A stretch of DNA of 64,000 nucleotides from NCBI GenBank assembly GCA_963824065.1, contig CAWGNX010000002.1, positions 488,794 through 552,793 on the forward strand, given 5' to 3'. Positions 60,624 to 64,000 of this stretch are shown piece after piece. This DNA is from an uncultured Chloroflexia bacterium. Lineage in GTDB: Bacteria; Chloroflexota; Anaerolineae; Anaerolineales; DRKV01. Made by a program: the position numbers and the translations under genes. Position 1 is the first letter of the stretch. Each line of letters starts with the position of its first letter. The notes beneath the pieces were generated by a model. That model saw nothing but the letters and a program-made list of their open reading frames with translations, was not told where the DNA came from and searched no databases.

Positions 60624-61649
60624 ATGGGACACACACTCCCCGCACCACCTGCAAATCTTACTGGATTCACATGGCGACCGCTGTTTGAGACTGACCTGTC
60701 GGCTCTGTTGACTTTGTTCAAAACCGACCAGCGATGGCGGATGGCATCCAAAGCAGCCGCGTCTCGGAAGAGGGCATGCAGAGCCTGCTGGCGATGCTGG
60801 GGGACCGGATCGCAACCAACACACTGGCAGCCACCCGTGCTGGTGGCGAGATCGCCGCGGTGGGTATGCTGTTACTACCCCCGGCTGATGATGAGCAGAT
60901 CGCCCTGACGACAGGGGAAGTCGCGATCCCCTGGCGCCGGCAGGGGATAGGAACATACCTGATGCAGTGGTTGGAAGCACCGCGCCCGCCAGGATTTTGG
61001 CCCCGCGGAGACCTCCCAACCGCAAATCCTGCACACGAGCTGTGACGGGCACCTGGAAGACCGCAAAAAGCTGTTCGAGCAGCAGGGCTTCCAGGCAAAA
61101 CGATATTCCTACCAGATGCGGCGCAGGCTGGCACTCCCCCTGCTGGCAGCCTTACTGCCAGAAGAGCTGCGGCTGGTGACCTGGACACCCGAGCAGGATG
61201 AAGCGCTCATGCATGCGTTTAACGAGGCTTTCCACGGCCACTGGGGATTACCAAAGATGAATATGACCCTCTGGCAGGAATATTTCACCGGAGTGCCGCA
61301 GTTCCGCGGTGATTTATCCAGCCTGGCGATGTCTGGCGACCAGATTGTGGGATTTTGTGTCAATTGGATTGTGCCGGCCGCGGTCCAAGGACCTGCACCT
61401 TCACCAGACCCCTCCCCGCAGCTTCACGAAGGTTGGGTGGAGGCGGTTGGCGTCATTCAGGGCTGGCGCGAGCGCGGGGTTGCCTCGGCGCTGCTCGCCA
61501 ACAGTTTGCAGCAATTTAAAGCAGAAGGTTTAGAATACGCCTCCCTGGATGTAGATGCGGAAAATCCAACCGGTGCCCTGCGGCTGTACGAAAAACACGG
61601 CTTTGCCATCGCCAGGGAGACCGTCCACTTTGTCAAAGAGCTGATTTAA
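60624..61649 (+). CDS. Two-domain GNAT acetyltransferase (MshD-like layout); at least two frameshifts
   Basis: Pieces are ORFs 60624.., 60734.. (VAIPWRRQGIGTYLM) and 61116.. (VGVIQGWRERGVASALL...LDVDAENPTGALRLYEKHGF). Confidence 0.55.
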
Positions 61650-61703
61650 TCTGCTTGTGTGCTGAGGATCTCAGATCCCAAGCGAACCTGGAGGCTGCTC
61701 ACG

Positions 61704-62204
61704 ATGAATGTTATCCTGCGGGAGGTGCCCCGTTCCGACCGGATCCTCATCCGGCGGTTGATGGAATTCTACCTGTACGATTTTTCGGAATACGTGGGCA
61801 GCGACGTGGATGAGAATGGGATTTATGGCGATGAATACCTGGATTTGTATTGGAATGATGCTGCGCGCTCGGCCTGGTTGGTGACGGTCATCGATCGGCT
61901 GGCTGGTTTCGTGCTCGTCAATGAGTACGTTCTCGTTGAAGGGAATGAGCGCTCGATCGCTGAGTTTTTCGTCATGCGCAAGTACCGCCGGCAGGGGGTG
62001 GGTAACCAGGTGGCGGTCCAGATATTTAATCGACTGCCTTCAAAATGGGAAGTGCGCGTGGTTGAGCGCAACCTGCCCGCCCAGGCATTCTGGCGGAAGG
62101 TGATCAGCGCATACACCCGTGGGCAGTTCCAGGAAATATACCTGGAAAACGCAGATTGGACCGGGCCGGTTTTTTCGTTTGATAACCGCTCACAGGCAGG
62201 TTGA
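61704..62204 (+). CDS. GNAT-family acetyltransferase
   Basis: MNVILREV...FFVMRKYRRQGVGNQVA (acetyl-CoA binding motif). Confidence 0.65.
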   Translation: MNVILREVPRSDRILIRRLMEFYLYDFSEYVGSDVDENGIYGDEYLDLYWNDAARSAWLVTVIDRLAGFVLVNEYVLVEGNERSIAEFFVMRKYRRQGVGNQVAVQIFNRLPSKWEVRVVERNLPAQAFWRKVISAYTRGQFQEIYLENADWTGPVFSFDNRSQAG

Positions 62205-62268
62205 GCCTTCTCTCACAGGGTTCTCTGAATAAGGATTACACCAACCTCGTCAGGCAGGTAATCGGTTT

Positions 62269-62706
62269 CTATGCCTGCTGCGCTACGTCCAGGCGGCACC
62301 AGGCATACAACGCGTCGTATACCTCAAACTGGTATTCCAGGTTTTCCAGGTCGTCAGGAAAACGCAGGCTGTAGCCCACCGCAATCGCTTCCAACCCGCG
62401 CGCCAGCGGGTCGGTATCGATGTCAGCGGCGACATCCGCGGCGTGGATGATGCGCGCCAGGCGCAGCAGGGCCGGGTCGGTCAAATCGTATTTGCTGATA
62501 ATGGCTTCGAACGAGCAGCGCCCGTCGTGGTGCCCCAGCTCAACGCCCGGAGCATCAAAAGGGATCGCGCCGGTTTCGGCCGCAACTTGATTTACCTGGC
62601 TTTTGGGGACAAACAGGAATTCTGCGTCGCTGTCAATAAAACGGCTGATCAGCCACGGACAGGCAACTCGATCGACATGCACGTGCGAGCGGGTGATCCA
62701 GATCAT
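62269..62706 (-). CDS. ChrB C-terminal-domain (chromate-resistance-associated) protein
   Basis: WITRSHVHVDRVACPWLISRFIDSDAEFLFVP...GAIPFDAPGVELGHH. Confidence 0.65.
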   Translation of the reverse strand: MIWITRSHVHVDRVACPWLISRFIDSDAEFLFVPKSQVNQVAAETGAIPFDAPGVELGHHDGRCSFEAIISKYDLTDPALLRLARIIHAADVAADIDTDPLARGLEAIAVGYSLRFPDDLENLEYQFEVYDALYAWCRLDVAQQA

Positions 62707-64000
62707 AATGGTTCCTCCTGATTGGTTTGAAGGGATTGCTGGACTTCTTCCGGGGGTTTGATCGCCCGGAAATTAATAAATAAAGCCACATCGTACACAA
62801 TTTTTAAGCTGCCCGCCAGGACAAACGGCAGGCCCAGGAGGGCTGGATTTGCCAGGAACAGTCCGGAAATCACCGGTGACAGCGCGGCGCCAATTGTGCG
62901 CGCAACGTTGGTGATCCCGGAGGCCGCCGAGCGCTCGTCCGGGTCGACCACCGCCATGGTGTACGACTGGCGGGTGGGCACGTCCATCTGCGAGATGCTG
63001 AAGCGCACGAACAGCACGCCAACAGCCAGTGCCAGGCTGGGCATAAACGGCACAAGGATTAAGAGCACATTCGACGGCAGGTGGGTGAAAACCATTGTGT
63101 TTACCAGGCCGATCTTCCCTGCCACCCAGGCAGCGCTCAACGCCGAAACCCCAGCCAGCAGGTTCGCTCCGAAAAAAATGGCTCCCAGCACCGCCGGCTC
63201 TACGCCGAATTTGTGATTGAACCACAGCGCCATCAGGCTTTGAATGACAAAACCACCGGCAAATGCGTCCAGGCTGAATAACGCTGCAAGGCGAAAAACA
63301 ACCTTTTGGGAGCGGTGCAGTCCCAAAAACGATCGGGTTTCGACCGGGTCTCGGGAACGCGGAGCACCACCTCCGGGTTGGGTGCCACTGCTCCCGGAAC
63401 CAGGCGCGGGATCGGTGGGCAGCTCCACCCCAGCTTTTTGCTGCGGGATTTCGACTGCGGGAGAAAGGCGCCCAAACAATGCCAGCAGCGTCAGGCCAAC
63501 CACGCCGTACACTAATACCACCGCCCGGTAGCTGTCCAGAGGCATGGCGCCCATGCCTTGCAGGAGCTGCGCCAGGCTTCCGGCTGCCAGGGCGCCCAAC
63601 GCGGTCGCAAACGAGCCTGCCAGGTTGTACCAGGCAAAAGCGCTTGTGCGCTGGCGGTCACTGACGAGCTGGGACAGGGCAGCCTGCTCGATTGACAGGA
63701 ATGGGCCGATCTCGTTGCCGCTCGGGCTGATAACCCCGATCATCGCCGCGATCAGCAGCAGAGTAAAGTCGTGCGTGAAGGCAAATGCCACCGCCGCCAG
63801 GATCATCAAGGCCGCGCCCACACCCAACATCCGCCGCCTGCCCAAACGGTCGGCATGGGTGGTGATCCACAAGGAGATGGCGGTGTCCCCGAGTAAAGTG
63901 AGGCTGAAAAGCAGGCCAGTGGCGGCTGTGCTGAAACCAAGCTCCCCAAGATACAGCGCCAGGATGACCGAAAGCGACCCGTAGCCGAACAGGCGCAGGC
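62703..64000 (-). CDS. MFS transporter, 5' end beyond the right edge of the window
   Basis: MFS loop motif HADRLGRRRML. My hand translation shows the frame stays open from 63872 to base 64000 (...GYGSLSVILALYLGELGFS...). It overlaps the downstream gene by 4 nt. Confidence 0.8.
   Translation of the reverse strand, partial: LRLFGYGSLSVILALYLGELGFSTAATGLLFSLTLLGDTAISLWITTHADRLGRRRMLGVGAALMILAAVAFAFTHDFTLLLIAAMIGVISPSGNEIGPFLSIEQAALSQLVSDRQRTSAFAWYNLAGSFATALGALAAGSLAQLLQGMGAMPLDSYRAVVLVYGVVGLTLLALFGRLSPAVEIPQQKAGVELPTDPAPGSGSSGTQPGGGAPRSRDPVETRSFLGLHRSQKVVFRLAALFSLDAFAGGFVIQSLMALWFNHKFGVEPAVLGAIFFGANLLAGVSALSAAWVAGKIGLVNTMVFTHLPSNVLLILVPFMPSLALAVGVLFVRFSISQMDVPTRQSYTMAVVDPDERSAASGITNVARTIGAALSPVISGLFLANPALLGLPFVLAGSLKIVYDVALFINFRAIKPPEEVQQSLQTNQEEPL

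Noticed and set aside
1-64000. Search for tRNA/rRNA genes, CRISPR repeats, integrases, transposases and prophage genes
   Set aside because: Nothing with the expected sequence signatures was seen in intergenic regions or the ORF set. The window looks chromosomal rather than mobile.

Overview
This is a 64-kb chromosomal window from a moderately GC-rich bacterium. The protein repertoire looks Chloroflexota-like, but that is inference only. I found no rRNA, tRNA, CRISPR array, transposase or integrase. Left edge (1-4793, minus strand): a tight three-gene operon in which every product begins with the same helical death-like 'effector-associated domain' (EAD). The three are an active trypsin-like protease, a small P-loop NTPase, and a pseudo-protease fused to an NB-ARC/STAND NTPase that runs off the window. 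This is the best candidate for a conflict/immunity system. Next come an MFS transporter, a broken SARP-NB-ARC-TPR regulator and a ParB-like protein. Then a sugar-uptake and signalling island (11-19.3 kb): a REC-HTH-REC regulator, an internally duplicated lipoprotein sugar-binding protein, a CUT2-type ABC ATPase, a permease, and a soluble histidine kinase fused to a degenerate ABC nucleotide-binding domain. Next are a degraded secreted M14 carboxypeptidase locus and a PucR-type regulator. A 14-kb branched-chain amino-acid super-operon follows (ilvD-ilvB-ilvN-ilvC-leuA-leuC-leuD-cimA-leuB-ilvE-pheA), preceded by an Ile/Leu/Val-rich leader peptide and an intrinsic terminator (classical attenuator layout). 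At 39.9-45.4 kb sit a fourth EAD protein, fused to a peptidoglycan-binding domain, and a convergent 1622-aa protein of unknown function (HhH, prealbumin-like domain, Cys/Asp cluster, glycine zipper, C-terminal HExxH). After that come a large chagasin(I42)-papain(C1)-LVIVD-PKD/FN3 secreted protease, a membrane-anchored SNase-Excalibur nuclease, three perfect phased DnaA boxes in a 55-bp intergenic gap, and assorted small housekeeping or detoxification genes. About 20 frame disruptions, several at short base runs, affect even essential genes such as leuC. Consensus indel error is therefore likely, and pseudogene calls need caution.
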